Of a DNA stretch of 64,000 nt, positions 12,122-24,478 are shown one piece after another (the stretch's first letter is position 1; the number at the start of each line of letters is the position of its first letter). The stretch spans positions 22,450,656 through 22,514,655 of the forward strand of contig NC_069005.1 in NCBI RefSeq assembly GCF_001194135.2. The letters run 5' to 3'. The notes beneath the pieces were generated by a model. It did not search any database. It was given only the letters and a program-made list of their open reading frames with translations, and was not told the origin of the DNA. The translations under genes were made by a program, and so were the position numbers. This DNA comes from Octopus bimaculoides (taxonomy: Eukaryota).

Positions 12122-12430
12122 TCAGAACCTTCATGTCCGTTTTCCATGCTGGCATAGATTAGACAGTTTGACTGAGACTGGTGAGTCGGAGGATGCACCA
12201 GGTACCAGTTGTCCGTTTTAGTTTGGTTTCTATGGCTGGACACCCTTCCTAACACCAACCACTTTACAGAGTGGATTGGATATTATTTCAAACATGTCAC
12301 TGATATGGGTACCTTTCATATGTCACTAGCACTAGTGCCCTTTACATGTTGCTGGCACAGGTGCCCTTTATGTGTCACCAGCATGTTTCACAGGCACAAG
12401 TTTTTTTACATATCACCAGCACTACCATGT
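12122..12430 (-). mobile_element. RTE LINE 3' end (family C) with an expanded internal repeat
   Basis: catgtccgtttccatgctggcat...ggacacccttcctaacaccaaccac, then about 5 degenerate tttacatgtcaccagcac units. Confidence 0.85.
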
Positions 12431-12471
12431 TTGACAAGGCTAGACCTTTGAATTATAGACACAGTCTAGCC

Positions 12472-12631
12472 AACAGGCTTCCAAACAGTTTCCATCAACC
12501 CAATTTCACTTGCAGGGCTTGGGTTGACCTGAAGCTATGGTAACACTTACTCAAGATTTCACACAGTGGGATTAAGTCCAGGACTTCTTGATTGCAAAGT
12601 GAATATTTTAACTACTCATCCATGCTGTGCC
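12472..12631 (-). mobile_element. SINE family A head, decayed
   Basis: Reverse complement of the tRNA-like head and adjacent domain. Confidence 0.7.
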
Positions 12632-13123
12632 CATGCTTTTGTTTTTTATACATGTACAATGGCTGCAACTCTATTTTAAGTAATGCCATCATTTGATTGT
12701 TCTGTTAAATATGAGCAGCATGGTTGTTGCTTTTCAGTCCTGCTAGAGACTGACACCCTTTTGTATAGATGTAACTACAATGGGCATCTCTTGCAGTAGT
12801 GTTAAAATAGTGTCTTGGTGAACCATCATATGATGTCTCAGTCAGTTTCCTGATGCACATTATTTTCTACACTCCCTGCAAATAGAGATGCTGTATAATG
12901 CAAAGTTAACAACTTCCCTGTGTATGTGGCTTCTCTGATAACGTCTAATACCTGCCAGACATATCCACACTTGTTGCATGTTAAATTGGGATAGACATCA
13001 GTATATCCAGGCAAATTTACATCAAGACTCTTACAAACATCTTTCATGCGTGATTCATACTCAATAAAATTTTGTTCCAATTTCTTCATCCCATTATTCA
13101 TTGCTTTCTTCTATGATCTAAGG

Positions 13124-13405
13124 CAGTGGTTCCCAAAGTAGGTGGTACTGAAAAGATCAGTGAAAAGATCTGTAGGGGTTGGTGAAGTAGCGTAATAATG
13201 GGGTGGCCAAAAGGGGGGCGATGGGTGTAAAAACAACAAAATAATGAGTTAATGAGTTAAGTGTTATTTGTGAAATATAGTTGTTTTGAATCTCATGCAA
13301 AAAGTGGTCTGTTTGTGGTGGTAGTCATGGTGAATGGAGGAGGGGGGTTAGGAATGCAGCCTATCTGCCAAGGGGCAACAGCCTGGAAAAGTTTGGGAAC
13401 CACTG
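13124..13405. mobile_element. hAT (Charlie-like) MITE, 282 bp
   Basis: TIR CAGTGGTTCCCAAA / TTTGGGAACCACTG; flanks atctaagg / atcttaaa (partial 8-bp TSD). Confidence 0.85.
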
Positions 13406-13485
13406 ATCTTAAAGTGAGGTTTTCTCATCTATTTCCCATACATACCTAGACAGACAGACTGGCAATATCATAAGCAAATGCTTAC

Positions 13486-13662
13486 CTTTTTGTCTGGGGT
13501 TCTTCATCAACAGGTCTTGGTTTATTTGGTTGTTCTCCATTGATCAGTGCTGCTTGGGTACAATCAGTTTCGGAGTTGTGAGGTTGAAGTCCCAGTAAGG
13601 AGCGCACCTTTGCTGACCTGACGTCAATTATGGTATCGGTGTAACCAATCTCATGTAAGTAT
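13486..13662 (-). CDS. STRN3: Striatin coding exon, 177 bp, phase 2 to 2
   Basis: tttcag|ATACTTA...AAAAAG|gtaag; YLHEIGYTDTIIDVRSAKVRSLLGLQPHNSETDCTQAALINGEQPNKPRPVDEEPQTK(R); lies within ORF 13482-13706. Confidence 0.97.
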
Positions 13663-14254
13663 CTGAAATAGTGGCGAAAAGAGGGAGAGTCAAACATCAT
13701 CACCATCCTCAGAGGAAAAAGGCAACCTTATGGATTGAGTACTAGAGAAGAATTGGAGATACTCTTTACCAACAAAGGACACTCGTTAAATAAACAAAAC
13801 AAATTAGCAGTTTCCTGTGAACATAGAGAAATAGACATTTCAGTACCATGGAATTAGTGATAACCTAAAATATGAATATATGATAATTAATCACTACCAT
13901 AATATTCAAAATAACTTTCTCTATGTTCGTATACACTGTCTAAACAGTACATTATAGCTTACTAAACACTCCTCCTTCAAAATCCCTCTTCTATCATCCT
14001 CCACCACAACAAATAATAGCTTATGTATACCTGAGTTACACTAATAATAAAGGCAATATCATGGACATTATTGGTACCACTATTGACTTTGCCACACCTT
14101 AATAACACCTAACCACTAATTTCTTCCTGTTACTGGTATATTTGCCAGATAAAATTTCAGTTATTCCATTCATACCCTTGCTTTTATCATCACTGTTGAA
14201 CTCACAAAATCTTATACTGCTCAGAGTTTATATCCATGGGACAATCTATGGTTA

Positions 14255-14530
14255 CATGTGTATAATTCCGGATTACATCCTGGCTGTAATGGTGGACTTT
14301 CATGTCGTAAAATATGGGTGAGGGTTCCGTAACTTCTTGGTGAACAACCTACACAAATGACTAGCTTATGGTGATCAAATGTGTGTGTTGTACATACCAC
14401 ATGTTGAAGTGATAGCAGAGCAATATGAAATAAAGTGTTCTGCTCAAGAACAAAACACACTGCCCAGTCCAGTAACCAAAACCATGATCTTGCAATCATG
14501 AGCGCAGTACCTTAATCGCTGGGCCACACA
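14255..14530 (-). mobile_element. tRNA-derived SINE, family F
   Basis: Reverse complement reads ggtgtgtggcccagcgattaagg...tgttcttgagcagaacactttatttcatattgctc; homologous to 55603-55898. Confidence 0.75.
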
Positions 14531-15383
14531 CCTACATAATAGACATAGAAACATGCCAAATTTATTTATTTCTCCATAAATTGAACAAATGACAAACCGC
14601 CTAAATCGATTTTCAACCCTCATTCAGGTCTCACCAGAGGTGTCTACATCACTTAACCAATTCCAGAGAAACAAGTAGCCAATCCATTGATATACACATC
14701 AAATCTATTAAGTAGCTCCAGAGAACTGGAAGCTAACACATGACCTCATTCCAACTTGCAAAAGTATTATACTAGCAGCAGGCAATAGGTCTGCCTGTAA
14801 CTACCTGTATTCTATGTGTATGTGTGTGTATAAATGGGATGCTACCAGTATGAAATGCCTGCATTTATCTATCTGTATTGACATGTGTATGCGTCTATAC
14901 ATATATGAATACACACACACACGTTTATGTTTGTTTACATGAATATATGTATGTATATTTACAAGATTGTGTATATGCACTCTGTCAGGAACTTTAAACA
15001 CGAGTGTGATTTATATATGCCTTTTAAAATGATAAAAGTCAGCTACTGTTAAAAGGTAACAACTACATTAATATGCAAACTGCCAACCTGTCAAGATCTT
15101 TCTGCCCAGAACACCATAAATCTATCATGATCAAGAAGTTAATTTTACAACCCAAATATGACCTACCTCAAGCTTAATTATCTCCTTTACCTTATCCCAA
15201 CTTTTATCTATAACTCTTATGTGTGTCTTTATACTTTGTTCATAAACTACATTCCACTTCTGTAGTTGTTGCCATGGACACCATCATTACTAACAATCTA
15301 ACTCTCTGCTCTCTAATCTCTACTTTTTCATTTCTTTATATGTATGTGTGAGTGTATGTGTGCACACATGCAGACACACACAG

Positions 15384-15443
<60 letters not shown>

Positions 15444-15639
15444 CTTAAAAATAAGAATGTTGTTCATGCTGACTAAGAAGTTTGGGCAGTCCAATGATGG
15501 CTTAACAGGCCAAAACTTTGAAGTCACTGTCAACAATATTCTTGTTTAAGAGTAATAAATTTGTACTCTGCAAAAGTATAGAGTAACCCATCAGATTAAC
15601 ATGAACTTGTTTTTATCATAACTGAACATTAAGGCATAA

Positions 15640-16022
15640 TCGTTGACATGCTGAGCAAATGCTTAGTGGCATTTCATCTGTCTTTATGTTCCATTTATCA
15701 TTTCACAGAAGTCTGCTTTCTCTTACATCCTTTCAACTTAACTCTTTCCTGAAATTGCTGGCCTTGAGCCAAAATTTGAAACAATTATTATTATCATTAT
15801 TATTAAGGTAGTGAGCTGACAGATTTATTAGCACTTCAACTGAAATGCTTAGTAGCATTTCTTCTGATTCAGTATGTTCCATGTTCAAATTCTACTATGG
15901 TCAACTTTACTTTTCATTCCTTCAAGATTGATAAAAATTAAGTACTAGTCAAATACTGGAGTTGATGTAATCAACTACTCCATCTCCCTAATACTGCTAA
16001 CTTTGTGATAAAACTTTGAAAC
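15640..16022 (+). mobile_element. Two tandem SINE family B copies joined by (ATT)n
   Basis: ...aaaatttgaaaca-attattattatcattattatt-aaggtagtgagctgacag...; B box-like gttcaaattct. Confidence 0.85.
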
Positions 16023-16034
16023 ATCATCATTATC

Positions 16035-16172
16035 ATTTAATGTTCACTTTCCATGCTGGCATGGAATGGACGATTTGACATGGAGCTGTCCAGACTCTGT
16101 CTACTGTGGCATGGTTTCTAAGGCTGGATACCCTTCCTAGTTGCCAACCACTTAACAGAGTGTGTTGGGTGC
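16035..16172 (-). mobile_element. RTE LINE 3' end (family C), short
   Basis: tttccatgctggcatgg...ggctggatacccttcctagttgccaaccac. Confidence 0.8.
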
Positions 16173-16175
16173 TTT

Positions 16176-17830
16176 TTATATTTTATTATTGAAGGAACAA
16201 AGCTCAGGTTTGGTCTTATTCCTGAAAGGATTTATGGGTGTAGTAAGTTATTACTTGTGACCTTAGGTATCCACAAATTTTCGGCAGTCTTTTAAGTGCT
16301 TAGAACCCTCCTGATAATCCTTGCTGTCCCTAAGTGGCAAACTTTCTGTAAGGGCTCTACTGGGCATTCTATTTCAATCTCCTTCAGCCATTTGTCTATA
16401 TCTTTGCTTATTGTTCCCAACACACCAATTATTATAAGCATGACCTTTACTGTTCGCATGCTCCAAATTCTTCCTATTTCAAATTTTAAGGGATTGTATT
16501 TTCTTTGTTTTTCTTCCGCCTTCTTTACGATCCTGGAATCAAACAAACATGATGGTTCAATAAGTAAATAACTTCGCTAATCCTTATCTATGATTGTAAT
16601 ATCTGGTCTATTATCTTCTAACTTCTTGTCCATTTGAAGAGGTAAGTCCCACAAAATTTTACATTTCTCCAACTCAAGTATTTTTTTGACTCAATGATTG
16701 CGCCATGTGCTTCCAGCTTCAAATCCCTATTTCTGATCAGTTTCCAATGTAAAACTTTTACAACATGGTTGTGCCTCCATTTCTTATATTCTTCCTGTGA
16801 CAACTGTGGCTTTCCTCCCTCGTTTTCTATGATACTTCATTGTTCCCATTATATACTTTACCACGTAACATTTCTAAAATCTTCTTCTCCTCATCATTCA
16901 AGTCTTGTGCAGTACTTACTGTCACTTGTCCATCTAGATCGTCTTCATTATTTACTTTTTCAGTATTCTCTGGTACTCAGCAGTTTCCATCTGTTTCATG
17001 TTCTTCATCTCTTATCCCTTCATTACCATTTTCTGCTACTGCTGTTTCAATCTCCTTCTGCTCTGTATTTTTTATCATGTTTCTCTGAATTTCTTCAATC
17101 TCTACTCCTGTAATCCAGTTGTTCCTACAGATCGCTCTTGCTTGGTCTATCAGTCGCTGGGTGAATGCTCCAAAACCTCCTTTTCCATCCCACATTCTTT
17201 TCATTTGATTCATGAAGCCTCTTTTATTGGGCTCACTTCTCAGCCAGCATTCTATTACTACTCTGTTTACTTCTTTTTCCTATTTCATTCTGGTTCTGAT
17301 CAGATACTCCCTGCCTGCTGTGCCTGACACCTTCACTGTAAACAGTTCCAGTCTCCTTAGCGCAGTTGTGGTTATTATTTAATTTTGAAATCACTCATTT
17401 AGAGGTCGCACTTGTAAGGTTGTGCAATCACCAGTGTCTTTATGATGACACCATCACTAGGTGGGTTACTAGCCAAGGCTCCAAGAGTCCACACCTTCCC
17501 TCGTGTAAACTGTTTTTAGTGCCGGTCTCATTCAATCCATTGTTTCATATCTTTGTATTTGACATTTTCACTCCTGAGAAATTTGGTGTCAAGGTGGCAG
17601 AGCCACCAGTGTTTTTATTGAGTTACCTTTTCCAGAGGAGTTGCTGACCAAGGCTGAAGGGACCCCTCCTCCGATGAAACAGGCTTAACCCCGCCAGCTG
17701 CCAACCAGGTATTTCTAGGTCTCGGAGTGGGCTTACAGGTACACTTTGCCCAACAGTAACCTGAAGATAATTGTGGTTAAGGATAACCTTGTTCTTCCCA
17801 TGTTGTGATGCCACAGCTGGATGCAGTTTC
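16176..17830 (-). mobile_element. R4/Dong-like non-LTR retrotransposon (restriction-like endonuclease), internally deleted, no RT domain
   Basis: N-terminal motif KRMWDGKGGFGAFTQRLIDQARAI.RNNWITGVEIEEIQ; C-terminal QEEYKKWRHNHVVKVLHWKL, RPDITIID and EEKQRKYNPLK...IIIGVLGTI...LQKVCHLGTARIIRRVL; 3' UTR ending in an AATAAT-rich tail. Confidence 0.85.
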
Positions 17831-17889
17831 ATGCCATACCTAGGGCATGTAAATTCAAATTGTTGCCATCGTCATCATCATCAGCAGCA

Positions 17890-17921
17890 TATATATCTAT
17901 ATCTATCTATCTATCTATCTA

Positions 17922-17976
<55 letters not shown>
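17890..17976. repeat. (TATC)n + (TA)n microsatellite
   Basis: Direct reading. Confidence 0.97.
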
Positions 17977-17980
<4 letters not shown>

Positions 17981-18149
17981 GATACAATATACACTAAGAG
18001 TGTATGGGAAACAGATTTTCTCAGATGCCCAGGAGGATACCTAAAGGTAGTAAATGGCTTCTGTTCCCTAGTTGATCTATTTAACAGTGGAGAAGGAAGG
18101 TTGTTCTGGTAGTATAATTACTAGAATAGAATTGAATGGAGAAAGACCA

Positions 18150-18625
18150 GAAAGCTATTACCTCTGTTGGTAACAAATGGTTTCCGTCAGAGTGAAAGGG
18201 AAGATCGTATGATGCTTGTGTCCTAACTGCTATACTACATGATGTGGGCCTTGAATGCAGATTTGCAAAGACTAAAAAGAAATGAAGGAAGCATGCCCTG
18301 CTGTGGATGTGTAACAACTGTGTGTATGAACGATGAAGAACAACCATGTTAAGAGAAGATCTAGGCATAAGAAGCATCAAATGTAGTGTATAAGAGTAAA
18401 GACTTTACTTGTATGGATATGTGATGCATATAGATGAAGACAGCTGAATAAAGAATTGTCAATTACATGATGTGGATAAGGCTTGTGAAAGTGGAAGACC
18501 CTAAGAAGACAGGATGAAGTAGTAGAGGTTGATCTCAGATTTTGAGCCTCGTGGAGAAGATGACAAAGGAGCAACATGATTGGGGATTTGTGGTGTTTTA
18601 GAAAGATCAATCCAGCATAACAAGT
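18150..18625 (+). mobile_element. Decayed RTE-clade LINE, 3' part of ORF
   Basis: Frameshifted translation resembles LLPLLVT.GF..RVKG.SYDACV.TA.LH...NEGSM..WMC...LRE.LGIRSI.C....RL..YG.VM.IDEDS....GRP. Confidence 0.8.
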
Positions 18626-18647
18626 TTGAAGTTCTGGAAGCATAATA

Positions 18648-18841
18648 CGAGGGGATACTGAAGAGTTCCTGGCTTTGGGTAAAAGAAAATACAGGAAGAT
18701 GAGTTAATCAGGATTTTATTCAACATATACCCCTCTCAGATTCACACACTTCTTGCAGCGGTTCTTCAGTTTTTCTCAGTCCAGTAATAGAACTTGGAAG
18801 GTTGGGCCTACAACCAAGCCTTTTGTGATAACCTTAAAGCC
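18648..18841 (-). mobile_element. Mariner-derived MITE (same family as 6500-6704), one TIR intact
   Basis: TA|CGAGGGGATACTGAAGAGTTCCTGGCTTT; minus strand encodes EKLKNRCKKCVNLRGVYVE*. Confidence 0.8.
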
Positions 18842-19265
18842 CCATTTCCTGCTGTTGTATTTTCACTGACCCCTCCATCAGTCACTTTCTAATTACAGCA
18901 GTATTCTGTTGTTGTAACCAAAGGTAAACTGAGATGCCCATTTCATCCTCTTCTAGGCAGGTGAAAGTCACATGACAACAGGTAAATGTAACTGACAGGT
19001 AAAAACCACACTCACATTATGTCATATCAGCAAATTTCAGCCAAATTTTTATGATTTTTACACTAGACTAACTGCATTTCATCAAGATTTTTATTTCTTA
19101 ACAGGATTAGATTTATATAGAGAAAGTACTACAGGACTTCAAGAGTTACATATCTAGTGACAAGCAAGAGAGAGATGGCCAGAAGCTATTTCAATTGTTA
19201 GAAGTAGTAGTAGTAGGTACAAAGAGGAGAGAGATATATAGGGGGTTGTATAGGGTTGTACTTAC

Positions 19266-19341
19266 TGTCGTAGAAGTTGTCTGCCTTGTCGCCAAGCTGT
19301 GTTATTGGAAGTGAGAGATTCACCGTCACCTAACTGATCAT
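19266..19341 (-). CDS. STRN3: Striatin coding exon (start of calmodulin-binding region), 76 bp, phase 1 to 2
   Basis: tttcag|ATGATCAG...CGACA|gtaag; (D)DQLGDGESLTSNNTAWRQGRQLLR(Q). Confidence 0.96.
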
Positions 19342-19544
19342 CTGAAAATACAGAAAAACACAAACCAAAAATGAAAACAGAAGTCCTCACGAAATGAGTC
19401 CATTAGGTAAGTGTGCATTGAAAGCAGTATACGGTTTGGCACAACAAAGGTATGTTTGAATACAGTAGTTGATCTCATGTATGTCACACACAATATATGA
19501 TTCATATATGAATGTTTGGATTTATAAATAAGAAGAAAAGTATG

Positions 19545-19878
19545 CATGCATGGATGTGTGGTAAGAAGCTTGCTTCCCAACCAATAGTTCCAGTTTCAGT
19601 CTATGTGGTATTTTGGGTAGGTGTCTTCTACTATAGCCTCGAGCTGACCGAAGCCTTGTGAGTGGATTTGGTAGACAGAAACTGAAAGAAGTTAATCGTA
19701 TATGTATGTGTGTGTATGTATCTGTGTTTGTCCCCTCTACCACTGTTTGACAACCAGTGGTGGTTTGTTTACATCCCCATAACTTAGTTGTTCAGTAAAA
19801 GAGACCAATAGAATAAGTACCAGGCTTTTAAAAAATAAGTACTGGGGTCAATTCATTTGACTAAAATTTTCAAGGCGT
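19545..19878 (+). mobile_element. SINE family A
   Basis: Head, domain and most of the tail, 200 bp upstream of the exon 19266-19341 acceptor. Confidence 0.9.
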
Positions 19879-20239
19879 GTGACTCAATAGAATATTAAAC
19901 TAGTTATTTTGTTGCACAAGAAGTAAATGCAACACAACAGAATATTTTGTAAGAGATGTGACAAAAGTCATACAATTACTAAACAATGTGTAACAAGATG
20001 CACAATGACATGTAGCAAATGTTTTGATAATAACTAGAATGATATACGAGATGCAAGGAACAGATGTACAACTGGCATTGATCATGTGACGATGGTCACT
20101 CCTGTCCAATTCAACGTATGAGTGTTTGAAGGAGAAGATTTATAAAAAATTAAAAAATTGAGAAAAAGACAAAAATGTCAGACAAAGACAAAAAAAAAAC
20201 AACTTTAAAAGTAAAAGAATAAAAAATGCTGCATATATT

Positions 20240-20620
20240 TGCAATGGATGCAGTGATATAATCTGAGTCCAGGTATGGATTTTGCTAGGAAGTCACAATG
20301 GGGACAATGATGATTTAGATTTTGCTTCGGATTGGGAAAATGTGTCTGCTGATCGCAGGATATAATTCTTTTATTGTTCTGTTTCTTCATCTCAAGTTGT
20401 TCTGATGCATCATGACACATTTTACGCCATGCAGATCAATCAAGGCAATGACATTCCAAAATGTCAAATTAAGCTGTAGAGACTTTAGTGATTGTTTCAA
20501 CTTATCCTGATACCTAAGGAAAGACGTTCCTTTACCATGGAATCCCTCTACTTGTTGGTCATACAAAAGAATTTTTGGAATGCAGCAATCCTCTTTCATT
20601 CAAACGTATCCTACTCATCT
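20240..20620 (-). mobile_element. RTE-BovB-like LINE, C-terminal fragment
   Basis: ORFs MKEDCCIPKILLYDQQVEG...RYQDKLKQSLKSLQL...W and HCPHCDFLAKSIPGLRLY (terminal C2H2-like zinc finger of BovB-type ORFs). Confidence 0.8.
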
Positions 20621-20684
20621 GCACTGAATTCTTCTCAGCAGCATACTTTTGCATGTGACAATACATCATGTGTAATAATCAATG

Positions 20685-20900
20685 GACAATGCAGCAGATA
20701 CAAACTGTGAATGGACATGTGACAATAGTAACAGATGCACAACAGGCAATGGATATACAACAATACAAAAGATGCACAACAGACAATGGATATACAACAA
20801 TACAAAAGATGCACAACAGGCAATAGATATGTGACAATTCAACAGTTGCACAACTGGCAATGGACATATGGCAATGCAACAGATGTGCAACAGTATAACA
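20685..20900. repeat. 37-bp minisatellite, about 5-6 units
   Basis: gatgcacaac at 20734, 20771 and 20808 (period 37); unit caatggatatacaacaatacaaaagatgcacaacagg. Confidence 0.9.
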
Positions 20901-21654
20901 GCAACACTGATTCGCATATTATGCCAATGTGATGATACCACTATGTATATAATGCATACAGCAGCTGTTTTATAATTAGACAACAAAGAATCCTCTCAAG
21001 TAAACAAGGAAGTGTTTACGGAGTTGCTTAACTCGCTAGAAATAACAGTTAACTCCCCACAAGCTTAAGTCACTCTGCAGTCTTAAAATAGCTTGATCAG
21101 CAGCCAACACACACAAACACAAGGAGAGAGAGGGGGGGAGTGTCACTGAAGGGACACAAGCACTATGGAAACTAGAGTGGACTATTTCCTGTAGAAGAGA
21201 GGGGAGTGGGAAGCAAGGGACACGCAAACACGAACATAAACACACTCACAGATATACTAGCAGGAAGTTATTCAGAAATAGTTTAGCTTGCAATTACAAA
21301 AAATGTAAATAAATCAAGAGAGAAAAAGAAGAAAAAGGCAGGAGAACCAAGGAGAATGGAGGTTAGTGTGCATGTGTGTATGTAGATATGTGTGAATGAG
21401 TGTGTGAATGCAAAATGACTTCATAAACAAACAACACCATAAATGTAGGTAGAGAATCACAGCTCAAGTGTTCTTGTGATTCTTGTCAGAAATTTTCTGC
21501 TAATTGTGTAGGCAGTATTGAGTCTTTTAAAATGTTTACTAGTTTCACAAACAACAGTCCCAGATTCCGAAACTCCCCCCCTGGTGGCTTGGATGATTTC
21601 ACAAACAACAATTTCAATCCCTGCCCCTACACCCAAACCCTTTCTTGTTATTTA

Positions 21655-22022
21655 TCTTTTACTTGTTTCAGTCATTAGACCGTGGCCACACTGGGGCACA
21701 GCTTTAAAGAATTTTAATCAAACTTATCAATCTCAGTACTTATTATTTTTTGTAAAGACTGGTAGTTATTCTATCAGTCTCTTTTGCCAAATTACTAGAT
21801 TACAGGGATGTAAACACATTAACACCAGTTGTCAAGCAGTGGGGAGGTGGAGACACAAACACACACACAGATGGGCTTCTTTCAGTTTCTGTCTACCTAA
21901 TCCACTCACAAGGCTTTTGGTCAGCCTGAGGTTATAGTAGAACACACTTGTCCAAGGTGTCACACAGTGGGACTGAATCCAGAACTATGTGGTTGGGAAG
22001 CAAACTTCTTACCCCACAGCCA
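21655..22022 (-). mobile_element. SINE family A (full length)
   Basis: Reverse complement of head and tail. Confidence 0.9.
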
Positions 22023-22084
22023 CAGTTTGTTTGAAAAATGGAAATAATTTATAGAAGACATGAAACTAAATCTGTTTCTAATAA

Positions 22085-22348
22085 AGATACAAGGCCAGAA
22101 ATGTTGGTGGAGAGAGTTAAGCAATTATAATCAATGGTTGGTACTTTATTTTATTGACCAACTCCTGGAAGGATGAAAGGCAAAATGGATTTCGAAGGAT
22201 TTGAACTCAGAATGTAAATGGCCATCACCAAATATAGCAAGTAATTTTGTCCACTATTCTAACAATTCTGCCAATCCACAGTCCCAACAACAAATGTTTC
22301 TGCTTGAGACTTATGTGCAACTTGTATAAAATAAGGCAAAGACAAAAC

Positions 22349-22407
<59 letters not shown>

Positions 22408-22663
22408 CAACAACAATTATTTCTACTCTAGGCACAAGGCCATGAAAAGTTTTGGGCAAGGGAGCTAGTCGATTACATCGGCCCCAGTGCGTAACTGGTA
22501 CTTATTTCATCTACCCCCAAAAGGATGAAAGGCAAAGTTGAACGTGGCGGAATTTGAACTCAGAACATAGTGATAGACAAAATACTGCTAAACATTTTGC
22601 CCGGTGTGCTAACAATTCTGCCAACTCGCCTTATTATTAATAATAATAATTGAGTCTGGTTTT

Positions 22664-22707
<44 letters not shown>

Positions 22708-23172
22708 TAATAATGGTTTCAAATTTTTCCAGAAGGGAAGCAATTTTGGGGGAGGGAATAAGTTAATTACATCAACCCTAGTGTTCGTCTGGTACTTATT
22801 TTATCAACCCTGAAAAGATGAAAGGCAACGTCAACGTTGGCAGAATTTGAACTCAGAATGTAGCAACAGGCGAAATACTGTTAACCATTTCGTCTGACAT
22901 ACTAATGATTCTGCCAACTCACCACCTTATAAATAATAACAATAATAATAATCCTTTCTACTATAGGCACTAGGCCTAAAATTTTGGGGGAGGGGGCTAG
23001 TCAATTCTATTTTCCGCCAAGTGCATAACTGGTACTCATTTCATCAACCCCGAGAGGATGAGAGGCAAAGTCAACCTCGGCAGAATTTAAACTCACATAA
23101 AGACAGATGAAATGCTGCTAAGCATTTTCCACAGCACGCTAACGATTCTGCCAGCTTGCCACCTTGATAATG

Positions 23173-23214
<42 letters not shown>

Positions 23215-23550
23215 GTTTCAAATTTTGTCACAAGAGCAGCTATTTTGGGGAAGAGGATGAGTCGATTACATCGCCCCCCTCAGTGTTCAACTGGTACTTA
23301 ATTTATCAACCCCAAAAGGATGAAAGGCCAAGTTGACCTCGGTGGAATTTGAACGCAGAACGTAGCAACAAACAAAATACTGCTAAGCATTTCGCCTGGC
23401 ATGGTAACAATTATACCAGGTCACTGCCTGCTTCACATTTAGGCACAAGGCCAGCAATTTTGAGGAGGGAGGTAAGCCAGTACCATTGACTCCAGTACTT
23501 GACTGGTACTTTATCAACCCCGAAGGGATGAAAGATGAAGCTGACCATGG
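22085..23550 (-). mobile_element. Head-to-tail array of six SINE family B copies; the four middle copies are flanked by (AAT)n tracts
   Basis: Repeats of ..cacaaggcc..ctggtacttatttc/tatc..ccc..aaggatgaaaggcaaagt..gaatttgaactcagaa..ttctgccaactc at about 22085, 22420, 22713, 22951, 23213 and 23440. Confidence 0.92.
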
Positions 23551-24109
23551 TATACTAAGCCACAAGGGTTCAAAACGTACAATAGAACAACGCAAGTATT
23601 AAACAAGGAGTTTACACAGACATGTGGAGTAGGACAATAAATGTAAACAAGCAAAGAGTTATTGGCAAAGAAAAGAAAGGATAAAAGGAAGGAACAAGAA
23701 ACAAACACAGACATATACTTACATGTATGTGCAGACACACATGTCCAGGAGCATATATTCACATACATAATGTAAACNNNNNNNNNNNNNNNNNNNNNNN
23801 NNNNNNNNNNNNNNNNNNNNNNNNNNNNNNNNNNNNNNNNNNNNNNNNNNNNNNNNNNNNNNNNNNNNNNNNNNNNNNNNNNNNNNNNNNNNNNNNNNNN
23901 NNNNNNNNNNNNNNNNNNNNNNNNNNNNNNNNNNNNNNNNNNNNNCAGACATGTGGAGTAGGACAATAAATGTAAACAAGCAAAGAGTTATTGGCAAAGA
24001 AAAGAAAGGATAAAAGGAAGGAACAAGAAACAAACACAGACATATACTTACATGTATGTGCAGACACACATGTCCAGGAGCATATATTCACATACATAAT
24101 GTAAACACA

Positions 24110-24446
24110 TGGCCAGCCAAACACACACACAAACTTAACACAAACTTAAATATACACATACACACACACACAAACTTAAATATACACACACACACACACA
24201 TGTATGAACACATACGTGTGCATGTATGTGTATACACATATATATGTATGCATACACAAAACACATACACTAATGCATATATGCATGAACAGCATACATG
24301 TGCACTTATGCAATATATGCATGCACCACGCACACACACACACACAGTAGTCTAGTAAAGAATGTAAAGTCAAGCCATACTGCCACACGTCAAAGTTTTT
24401 CTACATTGCACAAATTTATAGTTTGATAAATGATATACATACACAA

Positions 24447-24478
<32 letters not shown>

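Noticed and set aside
13663-13706. N-terminal part (MVMMFDSPSFRHYFR) of ORF 13482-13706 as a start of translation
   Set aside because: It is intronic read-through upstream of the tttcag acceptor; striatin similarity starts at YLHEIGY
17815-17890. Hammerhead ribozyme at the 5' end of the R4-like element (stem atgcc/ggcat followed by GAAAC on the minus strand)
   Set aside because: The only CTGATGA is about 30 nt away and comes from an (ATG)n microsatellite, so the catalytic core cannot be assembled
22085-23550. CRISPR-like repeat/spacer array
   Set aside because: Units are about 210-bp tRNA-headed SINEs and the spacers are (AAT)n; eukaryotic context with no cas genes
23617-24106. Exact 161-bp direct repeat (23617-23777 and 23946-24106)
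   Set aside because: The two copies sit directly on either side of an N gap, which indicates an unmerged contig overlap rather than an LTR or TSD
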